From Phycisphaera mikurensis NBRC 102666 (GTDB taxonomy: Bacteria; Planctomycetota; Phycisphaerae; Phycisphaerales; Phycisphaeraceae): DNA of 32,000 nt. The first letter of the stretch is position 1; the number at the start of each line of letters is the position of its first letter. Below, piece after piece: positions 1 to 7,263 of this stretch. Location: contig NC_017080.1 in NCBI RefSeq assembly GCF_000284115.1, forward strand, positions 1,260,001 to 1,292,000, written 5' to 3'. The position numbers were made by a program, and so were the translations under genes. The notes beneath the pieces were generated by a model that was given only the letters and a program-made list of their open reading frames with translations, was not told the origin of the DNA and did no database searches.

Positions 1-863
1 CCGATCTCGCTGCGTAGGCGGTGCCGGTGGACCACGCGGTCGACGAAGCCCTTCTCGAGCAGGAACTCGCTGCGTTGGAAGCCGGCGGGGAGCTCCTGCC
101 GCACCGTGTTGGCGATGACGCGGGCGCCGGTGAAGCCGATGAGGGCCTTGGGCTCCGCGAGCGTCACGTCGCCCAGCATGGCGAAGCTGGCGGCGGTGCC
201 GCCGGTGGTGGGGTCGCTGAGCACCGCGATGTACAGGCCGCCGGCGTCGTCGAAGCGGGCCAGGGCGGCGCTGGTCTTGATCATCTGCGAGACGGCCAGC
301 GTGCTCTCCTGCATGCGGGCGCCGCCGCCGGCGCAGACGAGAATCATCGGGCGGTCCTCGTCGGTCGCCAGCTCGATGGCGCGGGTGATCTTCTCGCCCA
401 CCACCGACCCCATGCTCGCCATCATGAACCCGGGGTTCATCACCGCGAGCACGACGCCGCGCCCTTTGATGTAGGCGCGGCCCGCGACCAGCGCGTCGCG
501 TTCGCCGGTCTTCTTCTGCTCCTTCTCGAACCGCTCCTGGTACGGGATGCGGTCGACGAAGGCGAGCGTGTCGAGCGGGACGAGATCCTCCCAAAGCGGC
601 TCGAAAGAGTCCGGGTCGACCATCTGCCGCACCCGCTCGCGGGCATCGACGCGGTGGTGGTGGTCGCAGGCCGGGCACACCCAGAGGTTCTGCTCCAGCG
701 TCTTGCGGTAGAGCATCGCCTCGCACACCTGGCAGCGCGTCCAGAGGCCTTCCGGAACGCCCGAGCGGGTGTCGGCGGGGCGGACGTCGCGCCAGCTCCG
801 GTTGGCGCGGCGATCGGGCAGCGGGGCCGCGGGCGGCTTGGCGTCGGTGGGGGCTTCGGCCAT
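1..863 (-). CDS. accD: Acetyl-CoA carboxylase carboxyltransferase beta subunit, partial (C-terminus runs off the left window edge)
   Basis: My own minus-strand translation from ATG at 863-861 gives MAEAPTDAKPP...GLWTRCQVCEAMLYRKTLEQNLWVCPACDHHHRV, a CxxC...CxxC zinc ribbon. This is followed by carboxyltransferase core motifs (VCAGGGARMQES, VLSDPTTGGTAASFAMLGD). It is absent from the ORF track because the frame is open at the window edge. Confidence 0.9.
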   Translation of the reverse strand, partial: MAEAPTDAKPPAAPLPDRRANRSWRDVRPADTRSGVPEGLWTRCQVCEAMLYRKTLEQNLWVCPACDHHHRVDARERVRQMVDPDSFEPLWEDLVPLDTLAFVDRIPYQERFEKEQKKTGERDALVAGRAYIKGRGVVLAVMNPGFMMASMGSVVGEKITRAIELATDEDRPMILVCAGGGARMQESTLAVSQMIKTSAALARFDDAGGLYIAVLSDPTTGGTAASFAMLGDVTLAEPKALIGFTGARVIANTVRQELPAGFQRSEFLLEKGFVDRVVHRHRLRSEI

Positions 864-906
864 GGAGGTGAGGGGAGACGCCGCGGCGCCGGCCGCTCCC
901 GGCGGT

Positions 907-1386
907 TCAGGACAGATCGGAGGGGTCGTAAACGTCGCCCTGCGAGGACGAGGTGTAGTCGATCAGCTCGGCGTCGTCGAACCACAGAGACAGCTCACGC
1001 TCGGCCGACTCCGGCGAGTCGCTGCCGTGGATGAGGTTGTGGCCGCCGGAGAGTCCCAGGTCGCCGCGGATCGTCCCCGGGGCGGCGAGCCGGCCGTTGG
1101 TGGCACCGATGAGCGTGCGGCAGACGGCAATCGACCCGACGCCACGCACCGCCATCACCACCACCGGGGCGGAGGTGAAGAACGCGATGAGCCCGTCGAA
1201 GAAGCCCTTGCCGGCGTGCTCGGCGTAGTGCTGCTCGGCGAGCTTCCGCGGCACGTGCACGAGCTTCATGCCGGCGAGCTGCAGGCCTTTGCGCTCGAGC
1301 CGGCCGACGATCTCGCCGACGAGGCCTCGTTGGACGGCGTCGGGCTTGGCGATGAGAAGCGTGGTTTCGAAGGCGGCGGGGGGCAT
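907..1386 (-). CDS. ndk: Nucleoside diphosphate kinase
   Basis: The C-terminal 159 aa of track ORF 907..1887 read MPPAAFETTLLIAKPDAVQRGLVGEIVGRLERKGLQL...NLIHGSDSPESAERE, with the NDK active-site His motif. I trimmed to the ATG at 1386, which is preceded by AGGAGAA. The longer N-terminal extension is Pro/Arg-rich junk. Confidence 0.95.
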   Translation of the reverse strand: MPPAAFETTLLIAKPDAVQRGLVGEIVGRLERKGLQLAGMKLVHVPRKLAEQHYAEHAGKGFFDGLIAFFTSAPVVVMAVRGVGSIAVCRTLIGATNGRLAAPGTIRGDLGLSGGHNLIHGSDSPESAERELSLWFDDAELIDYTSSSQGDVYDPSDLS

Positions 1387-1737
1387 GTCGTTCTCCTGAG
1401 GAGCGGGGAGCGGGCGGGGGAGGACGATACCGGCTCGGTGCTCCGGGGGCGGTGAAGCGGGCCACGCTGCCGGGGCTGCGGGGGAGGCGAAGCACCGCTC
1501 CGCGGCGGGGGCCACCTGCCCAGGGGCCCGCTCCGCGATGCCACGCTCTCGCCGGGGGGCCGCCGATGGCCCCGACGCGGGACGCCGCCGGCGCTCAAGA
1601 CGTACGGGCCTCTGCGACCCCGAGGGGCCTCGCCGGCCGATCGCGCCGCGGCGGCCCCCGGTGCCCGGAGCCCCGAGCCGCTGCGGTAGGGTGGCGCCCG
1701 GACCACTCGCCGGGGGAGCCCAAGGAAGAACAGCATC

Positions 1738-2346
1738 ATGCGGCCAGTTGAGACCGCCACCGACATCGCAGGACGGGAGCTCGCCAAGGGCGACACCGTC
1801 TCGACCACCACCGGCTTCGCCTCGGGGCGCATCTGGGACATCGCCGACGACGACGGCGTGAGCTTCGTTCAGATCCGGCCGGTCCACCAGCCGTACGGGC
1901 AGGCGGTCTGGTACGCGAGCGAGCAGGTGATCTGGGTGGCCACGCCGAAGATCCGCGACCGGGCGAAGGAGGAGGCGGAGAAGAAGATCGCCGTGGAGAA
2001 GGCGGCCAAGGCCCGCGCGGCGGCCGAGGGCGTCGGCGGCGGGTCGGTGGCGGAGCGGGCCGCCCCCCGGAAGAAGGCCGCGAGCAAGAAGGCCGCCTCG
2101 AAGAAAGCGGCCGCCGCCAAGGGCGTCATCACCACGAAGAAGACGGGCGCGAAGAAAAGTTCGAAGAAGAAGGCGGCCGCGGAGTCGGAGCCCCCGGCAC
2201 CGAAGCAGGTGGCGAAGAAAGCCGCGGCGAAGAAGCCCTCGGCGAAGAAGACCCCCGCGAAGAAGGCGGCCGCGAAGAAGGGCCCCGCGAAAAAGGCGGC
2301 GGCCAAGAAGCCATCGCAGAAGAAAGCTCCGAGAAAGAAGGATTGA
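1738..2346 (+). CDS. Hypothetical protein with a ~90-aa globular N-terminal domain and a histone-H1-like Lys/Ala-rich C-terminal tail
   Basis: 202-aa ORF with high GC3. The C-terminal ~110 aa consist of AKKAAAKKP/SKKAA-type repeats (KKAASKKAASKKAAAAK...AKKAAAKKPSAKKTPAKKAAAKKGPAKKAAAKKPSQKK), as in bacterial H1-like nucleoid proteins (Hc1/AlgP-type tails). Confidence 0.7.
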   Translation: MRPVETATDIAGRELAKGDTVSTTTGFASGRIWDIADDDGVSFVQIRPVHQPYGQAVWYASEQVIWVATPKIRDRAKEEAEKKIAVEKAAKARAAAEGVGGGSVAERAAPRKKAASKKAASKKAAAAKGVITTKKTGAKKSSKKKAAAESEPPAPKQVAKKAAAKKPSAKKTPAKKAAAKKGPAKKAAAKKPSQKKAPRKKD

Positions 2347-2546
2347 CGGCCGCGGGGCAGCGCGAGCGGGGCAGCGGGCACCGGGCCGCCGCCGCGAGCG
2401 GGACGCCCGGGGCGCTGCACCGCATCATTATCGGCCGCCCGTCCGGCGGCATCGCGGCGGCCGGCGTCGCCCGGGGTCGATGACGCGCGGCCGGCCGGGT
2501 CGTCTGGACCCGGTGCGGCGGACCGTTCCCCCCCCGGAAGCTCTCG

Positions 2547-3020
2547 ATGCCCCGCCCCGCCCCCGTCCGCCTCCCCGTCGACGCCACCGGCAGCGCCCGC
2601 CGCGACGACCTCCCCCGCCGCGGCTTCTCGGCGGAGGCGGCGACCGCGACGCTGGTCTACCTCGGGCCCGTGGTGCGGGACGTCCGCCGCGGCTTCCGGC
2701 GGGTCGCCCGGCTCCGACGCTTGCTCGACAGCGCCTCCCTCGCCGAGGGCTCGGCTCGCCGGAAGCGGCTCGCCGCGGCGCACCAGCAGCGGATGACGCG
2801 GCTGGCGGGGCTCGTCGACGAGGTGCAGGCCGTCGGCGCCCAGCTCCGCGACTTCGAGGCGGGCGCAATCGCCTTCCCGAGCGACGACGAGGGCGTGCCC
2901 GCGGGCGGGTACCTCTCGTGGCTGCCCGGCGAGGCCGCGGTCTGCCACGCCCACGGACCCGACGAGCCGACCGAAGCCCGCCGCCCGCTGCGACGCAAAG
3001 CCCGTCGCCGGGCGGCGTGA
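2547..3020 (+). CDS. Hypothetical protein, DUF2203-like
   Basis: 157-aa ORF. The C-terminal pattern GAQLRDFEAGAIAFPSDDEG...YLSWLPGEAAVCHAHG resembles the DUF2203 core as I remember it (G-x-KD-x-GLVDFP...LCW-x-GE...WH). Assignment is by recollection only. Confidence 0.45.
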   Translation: MPRPAPVRLPVDATGSARRDDLPRRGFSAEAATATLVYLGPVVRDVRRGFRRVARLRRLLDSASLAEGSARRKRLAAAHQQRMTRLAGLVDEVQAVGAQLRDFEAGAIAFPSDDEGVPAGGYLSWLPGEAAVCHAHGPDEPTEARRPLRRKARRRAA

Positions 3021-3062
3021 GCCCGAGCGGGCCGGGCGGCCGGCTCGGGCGTAGCGTCGGCC

Positions 3063-3293
3063 ATGCTGGTCGCATTCTCCAACCGGCTCGGATGCGGCGG
3101 CTCGCTGCTGGTCAGCCTCGTGGGCTCCATCGTGCTGATCGTCGCGATGCTCGGCCTCAACGCCTGCTTCACCCGCGGCGCCCCGCTGGTGGTCCCCGGT
3201 CCCGACGCCCCGGCATCGGTGGGCGAGGCGGTCGGCGGGACCGAGGCTTCGGCCACGCCGCGGACCGCCGCGGAAAGGGAGGCGTCGGGCTGA
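3063..3293 (+). CDS. Possible small lipoprotein or membrane peptide (76 aa)
   Basis: High GC3. The N-terminus has a hydrophobic segment ending in a lipobox-like LNAC (LVSLVGSIVLIVAMLGLNAC). Its last ~12 codons and its stop codon lie inside palindromic element copy A, so the 3' end, or the whole ORF, may be fortuitous. Confidence 0.3.
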   Translation: MLVAFSNRLGCGGSLLVSLVGSIVLIVAMLGLNACFTRGAPLVVPGPDAPASVGEAVGGTEASATPRTAAEREASG

Positions 3294-3303
3294 CGGTCCG
3301 CGG
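3258..3303. repeat. Palindromic element copy A (CCGCGGACCG-N26-CGGTCCGCGG), between convergent gene ends
   Basis: Perfect 10-nt inverted arms at 3258-3267 and 3294-3303. The right arm plus flank TGACGGTCCGCGGATCCG (3291-3308) is identical to 10701-10718. Confidence 0.85.
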
Positions 3304-3314
3304 ATCCGGACGAT

Positions 3315-4049
3315 TCAGAAGCCGAACAAGTCGGCGGCGGTGGCGGCGTCGAGCGCATCGGCCGGGGTGTCCGCCTCGCCCGGGAGCGCTTCCGCGAGGT
3401 CCGGCATGAGGGCCGCCGGATCGAGCCCGTGCGCGCGGAGCAGCAGCAGCGGGTCGCGGTCGATCAGCACGGCCAGCCCGAGCATCGTGCATAGGAGGTG
3501 CTTGCACGCGGAGTCGCCGTCGAGGCAGTCGCAGCTGGTGGCGACGCCGCGCCTCTGCGGCAGCAGCGGGCAAGCGGGTTCGGACAGGGCCGCCTCCACC
3601 GCGGCGGGCAGTTGGCCGGCGGCGAGAGCGGACGCGTCGGCGGGGGTCAGCTGCGCCCGCAGCGACGCCACGGCGTTTCTCCACCACCGCTTCGGCGGCG
3701 GCTTCAGCCGGAACGCCGTCTCGTACGTCTCCAAGCCGTAGACGCGCCCGTCGGCCCCGCCGCCCTCGCGGGCGGTGGTCGCCCGCGCGTCGCCGTCCTT
3801 CACCTGCAGGTCGACCAGGCAGTGGTGGCGGAGGTAGCCCTTTGCCTTGGTCGCCCGCGACGCGCTGCCGGCGTAGCGGAGCGACGCCTCGAAGAAGGCG
3901 GTGCCCAGGAGCGTGCGCGTCTGCTGGCGGCCCTCCGCCGCGACGGGCCGGATCGCGCCCCACCGCTTCGGCGGCTTGGCGATGAGCTCCAGCGCCTCCT
4001 CCTTCAGCTCGCCCAGCGGCTTGCTCGGGCCGGAGTCGTACCAGCTCAT
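3315..4049 (-). CDS. SWIM zinc-finger domain protein (partner of the SNF2 helicase)
   Basis: 244 aa. It carries a CxC-x7-CxH SWIM signature (SCDCLDGDSACKHLLC). Its ATG overlaps the SNF2 stop as ATGA (4046-4049). Confidence 0.8.
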   Translation of the reverse strand: MSWYDSGPSKPLGELKEEALELIAKPPKRWGAIRPVAAEGRQQTRTLLGTAFFEASLRYAGSASRATKAKGYLRHHCLVDLQVKDGDARATTAREGGGADGRVYGLETYETAFRLKPPPKRWWRNAVASLRAQLTPADASALAAGQLPAAVEAALSEPACPLLPQRRGVATSCDCLDGDSACKHLLCTMLGLAVLIDRDPLLLLRAHGLDPAALMPDLAEALPGEADTPADALDAATAADLFGF

Positions 4050-6412
4050 CCGAAGGCGTCCAGATCGAGGCGGACCAGGTTCAGCAGCGCGTCGTCATCG
4101 AGTTCGGTGAGCTTCAGCTCGCCGGTGTCTCCTTCGCCCGGGAGCACCGCCCCGGCGAGCGCCCGCTTGTCTTCGATCATGGCGTCGATCTTCTCCTCGA
4201 TGGTGCCGCGGGTGATCATCGTGTGCACGAAGACGTTGCGCTTCTGGCCGATGCGGAAGGCCCGGTCGGTCGCCTGGTCCTCGACGGCGGGGTTCCACCA
4301 GCGGTCGAAGTGAACGACCTGCGCGGCGGCCGTGAGGTTCAAGCCCACGCCGGCGGCCTTGAGCGAGAGCACGAGGCTCGGTGGGCCGTCCTCCGCCTGG
4401 AAGCGGGCGACGATCTTCTTCCGCTTGGCCACCGGGACGCCGCCGTGGATCGCGTCGCCGCGGCGGCCGAAGACATCCGCGAGCAGGTTCCGCAGCGGGT
4501 CGATCACCTCGCGGAACTGCGTAAACACCAGCACCCGCTCGTCGGCCTCGGCGAGCCGCTCGGCGAGCTCGACCAGGCGCCTCATCTTCCCGGACTGCCG
4601 CGGCTCGTAGCCGCCCTCGCCGGTGAGCTGGTCGGGGTGGTTGCAGCACTGCTTCAGCCGCGTGAGCGTCTGCACGACCAGGCCCTTCCGGCGGATGTCG
4701 TCGGCCCCGTCGAGCTGCTCGGCGAGCCGGTCGACAGTGGCCTCGTAGAGCTTCACCTGCTTCGGCGTCAGCTCGCACCAGGTTCTGGTGACGGTCTTGT
4801 CGGGTAGATCCGAGATCACCGACTTGTCGGTCTTGCTCCGCCGGAGCAGGTAAGGCTGCACCAACCCGCGGATCCGGCCGTACCTCGCGGAGCCCCGGTC
4901 GGGTTCCTCCGACCCATCGGCTTCGGATCCGCGGACCGTCGCCTCTTTGAGGCCATCTCCGCCACGGTCCGCGGATTCGCGGTCGAGCCGCGCGAGCAGC
5001 TTCTTGAAGCCCACCCGCGAGCCGAGCAGCCCGGGGTTCAGGAAGTCGAACAGCGACCACAGGTCCGACAGGCGGTTCTCCACCGGCGTGCCGGTCATCG
5101 CGATCCGCGCCGGCGCCGGGATCTTCTTGACCGCGCGTGCCTGCTTCGTTGCGGGGTTCTTGATCGCCTGCGCCTCGTCGAGGATGACGCGGCTCCACGG
5201 GCACAGCGCGAGCCAGTCCAGCCGGCCCGCCATGGCGTAGGTGGTGACGACGAGGTCGCGCCCGCGGAAGGCCTTCGCCGGCGTTCTCCCGCGGGCCGCC
5301 GCCTCGGCCCGCTCCAGGCGGTCGCCCCCGGAGGTGCCCGGGTGGAGCAGCTCGACCGCGAGGTCGGGCGTGAACCTTTTGGCTTCCTCCTCCCAGTTGT
5401 GCAGGAGGCTCGCCGGCACGACCAGCAGGCTCGGCGGCCGCGGGCCTTCTTCCTTGTCGGCGCGCAACGCCGCGAGCACCTGCAGCGTCTTGCCCAGGCC
5501 CATGTCGTCGGCGAGGCAGGCGCCCAGCCCGAGCCCGCCGAGGAAGCGGAGCCAGGCGACGCCCTCTTGCTGATACGGCCGCAGCGTCGCGCGCAGGCCC
5601 GGGATGCTCGCGGGTTGCAGCCGCGCCGGGTCGCGCAGCCGGGCCGCGGTCTCGCGGAAGGCGCCGCCGGCGGTGGCGTGCAGCCAGGGCTCGCCGTCCC
5701 CGTCCAACGCCTCTTCTGTAGCGCCCGCCGAGCCGCCGAGCATCCGCATCGCCGCGAGCAGCGTCACGCCGTCGAGATTCTGCCGGCTCAGCGCGTGCAG
5801 CCGGGCGATCGCCTGCCGGAGCTGCTCCGCGTCCACCGCCGCCCAGCGACCCTTGAGCAGCACGAGCGTCTCGCCGGTCGCGTCGTCGTCCATCAGCCCG
5901 TCGGCTTCCTCGGCCGAGAGCGTCGCATCACCCAGGGCGAGGGCGGCGTGGAAGTCCAGCAGCGCCTCCGCCCCGACACGCGAAGCCGTGCCGCCGATCT
6001 TCACGTCCACCTTCGGCTTCGCCCGCTTCTTCCACCAGTCCGGCAGCCTCGCCTCCAGGCCGGCGTCCCGCATCTCCGGGACGCCCCGCAGGAACGCCGT
6101 CGCCATCGCGACGTCGAACCGCAGCGGGTGGTAGACGTGCCTGCTCGCGACGAGCTCCCGCAGCCAGGGCAGCCGCTCGCCCGCCGCGTGCAGGGGCGCC
6201 AGCAGCCCGGCCAGGCCCGCCGCGTCGCCCGCCTCCGCCCGCTCCCGCGCGGCCGCGAGCAGGCGCTGGCGCCCGGTCCGGCCGCTTCCTTCCCTCGTCT
6301 CCACGCTCGCGAGGAACGCGAACGGCCGCTCCGCGTCGTCGGGATTCTCGACCAGGCGGAGGACGACCCGCACCGCTTGAGCTTCCCCGCGTTGTCGACG
6401 CTGACCCGTCAC
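4046..6412 (-). CDS. SNF2/RapA-family DEAD-like helicase (HelZ-like)
   Basis: Motif I LADDMGLGKTLQ, motif II ILDEAQAIKN, motif III MTGTPVENRL, and C-terminal lobe motifs VLVFTQF, SLKAAGVGLNLT and QATDRAFRIGQKR. I trimmed track ORF 4046..6796 to the in-frame GTG at 6412, which overlaps the stop of the upstream membrane-protein gene as GTGA. Sequence upstream of 6412 is better explained by the other frame. Confidence 0.9.
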   Translation of the reverse strand: MTGQRRQRGEAQAVRVVLRLVENPDDAERPFAFLASVETREGSGRTGRQRLLAAARERAEAGDAAGLAGLLAPLHAAGERLPWLRELVASRHVYHPLRFDVAMATAFLRGVPEMRDAGLEARLPDWWKKRAKPKVDVKIGGTASRVGAEALLDFHAALALGDATLSAEEADGLMDDDATGETLVLLKGRWAAVDAEQLRQAIARLHALSRQNLDGVTLLAAMRMLGGSAGATEEALDGDGEPWLHATAGGAFRETAARLRDPARLQPASIPGLRATLRPYQQEGVAWLRFLGGLGLGACLADDMGLGKTLQVLAALRADKEEGPRPPSLLVVPASLLHNWEEEAKRFTPDLAVELLHPGTSGGDRLERAEAAARGRTPAKAFRGRDLVVTTYAMAGRLDWLALCPWSRVILDEAQAIKNPATKQARAVKKIPAPARIAMTGTPVENRLSDLWSLFDFLNPGLLGSRVGFKKLLARLDRESADRGGDGLKEATVRGSEADGSEEPDRGSARYGRIRGLVQPYLLRRSKTDKSVISDLPDKTVTRTWCELTPKQVKLYEATVDRLAEQLDGADDIRRKGLVVQTLTRLKQCCNHPDQLTGEGGYEPRQSGKMRRLVELAERLAEADERVLVFTQFREVIDPLRNLLADVFGRRGDAIHGGVPVAKRKKIVARFQAEDGPPSLVLSLKAAGVGLNLTAAAQVVHFDRWWNPAVEDQATDRAFRIGQKRNVFVHTMITRGTIEEKIDAMIEDKRALAGAVLPGEGDTGELKLTELDDDALLNLVRLDLDAFG
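4929..4974. repeat. Palindromic element copy B, inside the SNF2 CDS
   Basis: Perfect arms at 4929-4938 and 4965-4974. The extended left arm CGGATCCGCGGACCGTC (4924-4940) is the reverse complement of the copy A and copy C right arms. Confidence 0.85.
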
Positions 6413-6741
6413 GTCCGATCGAGCAGCAGGGGCACGTAGCCGATGACCGGGAGGAACGACGAGGCCAGCAGCCCGCCCACCAGCCAGCTGCCCGGCACCG
6501 CGGGGATCAGCAGCCAGCCGACGACGCCGCTGGCGACCAGGGCGACGCCCGCCGGCAGGAGCCAACGCCCGCAGGCCGCGTTGAGGCGGTACCAGGCCGC
6601 GTCGTCGCGGAGCGTCGTGCGTGTCCGGAGCCCGAAAAGCAGGTTCGGCTTCACCTTCCCGCGGATCAGCGGCACGGCGGACCCGACGCACATCAGGCCG
6701 AGAAGCAGGTTGAGGAGGCAGAGGAGGAAGGCCGGGTTCAT
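6409..6741 (-). CDS. SdpI/YhfL-like small integral membrane protein
   Basis: 110 aa with 3-4 hydrophobic helices. The motif KVKPNLLFGLRTRTTLRDDAAWYRLN resembles the SdpI-family N-x-GxRT-x-TL...W signature. GC3 is high. It overlaps both neighbours: ATGA with Uma2 and GTGA with SNF2. Confidence 0.6.
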   Translation of the reverse strand: MNPAFLLCLLNLLLGLMCVGSAVPLIRGKVKPNLLFGLRTRTTLRDDAAWYRLNAACGRWLLPAGVALVASGVVGWLLIPAVPGSWLVGGLLASSFLPVIGYVPLLLDRT

Positions 6742-7259
6742 CGCCGCTTCGGCCAGTCTCGGGGCAGCTGGATCGTGCAGCCGTCGTGCAGGTCAATCGT
6801 GTGCACCTCCGGCTGCTTCTGTGTCCGCGTGTCGTGCAGCGTCAGCGTCGGGGGATCCGCCAGCAAGTAGTGCTTCACGCCACGTTCGGCGTAGATCTCG
6901 CGCTTCTCGTTGCGGTCGCGGAGGTGCGTCGCCGGAGAGAGCACCTCGACGATCAGCGCTGGAGCTTCCCGGATGAAGGTGTCGTCCTCGTGCCCGCAGA
7001 GCACGCTGATGTCCGGACGCACGATCAGGTCCTCGGCCAGGATCCAGTCGACCTCGTTGACGAGTTCGCAGTCGCCGCAGGCATCCCGGGCGTCGAGCTG
7101 TGCGTGGAGCGCCGCGAGGATGCGAGCGGAGAAACGGCCGTGCGGCCGCCCCGGTGACGGCGACATCGCGATCGCGTGCCCGAACCAGAGCTCCCACTCC
7201 CCCTCCCACCGCTTGTAGTCGTCGACGGTGTAGTGGGGGATGTGGTGAAGCGCGGGCAC
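6738..7259 (-). CDS. Uma2-family (DUF820) PD-(D/E)XK putative endonuclease
   Basis: 173 aa. Family pattern YKRWEGEWELWFGHAIAMSPSPGRPHG...RPDISVLCG...PALIVEVLSPATHLRDRNEKREIYAERGVKHYLLADP, which includes the PD...EVxS...K core. A GTG start at 7259 lies 4 nt after the helicase stop. Confidence 0.8.
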   Translation of the reverse strand: MPALHHIPHYTVDDYKRWEGEWELWFGHAIAMSPSPGRPHGRFSARILAALHAQLDARDACGDCELVNEVDWILAEDLIVRPDISVLCGHEDDTFIREAPALIVEVLSPATHLRDRNEKREIYAERGVKHYLLADPPTLTLHDTRTQKQPEVHTIDLHDGCTIQLPRDWPKRR

Positions 7260-7263
7260 GCGA

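Noticed and set aside
907-1887. Extended N-termini given by the ORF track for ndk, and likewise for the SNF2, sbtA, exonuclease, DUF1772-like, tatD, ileS and TPR genes
   Set aside because: The extensions are low-complexity, overlap neighbouring genes, and precede positions where family N-termini normally begin. I chose internal ATG or GTG starts instead.
5262-5300. Recurrent CCCGCGGAAGG strings (near 5268, 9336 and 28485) and single half-site-like strings (1064, 14897, 15268, 24612)
   Set aside because: None has a partner arm at the 36-nt offset. The two copies inside coding sequence (5268, 9336) are explained by identical AFRG codons, and the other strings are isolated partial matches expected in Arg/Gly-rich GC-rich sequence.
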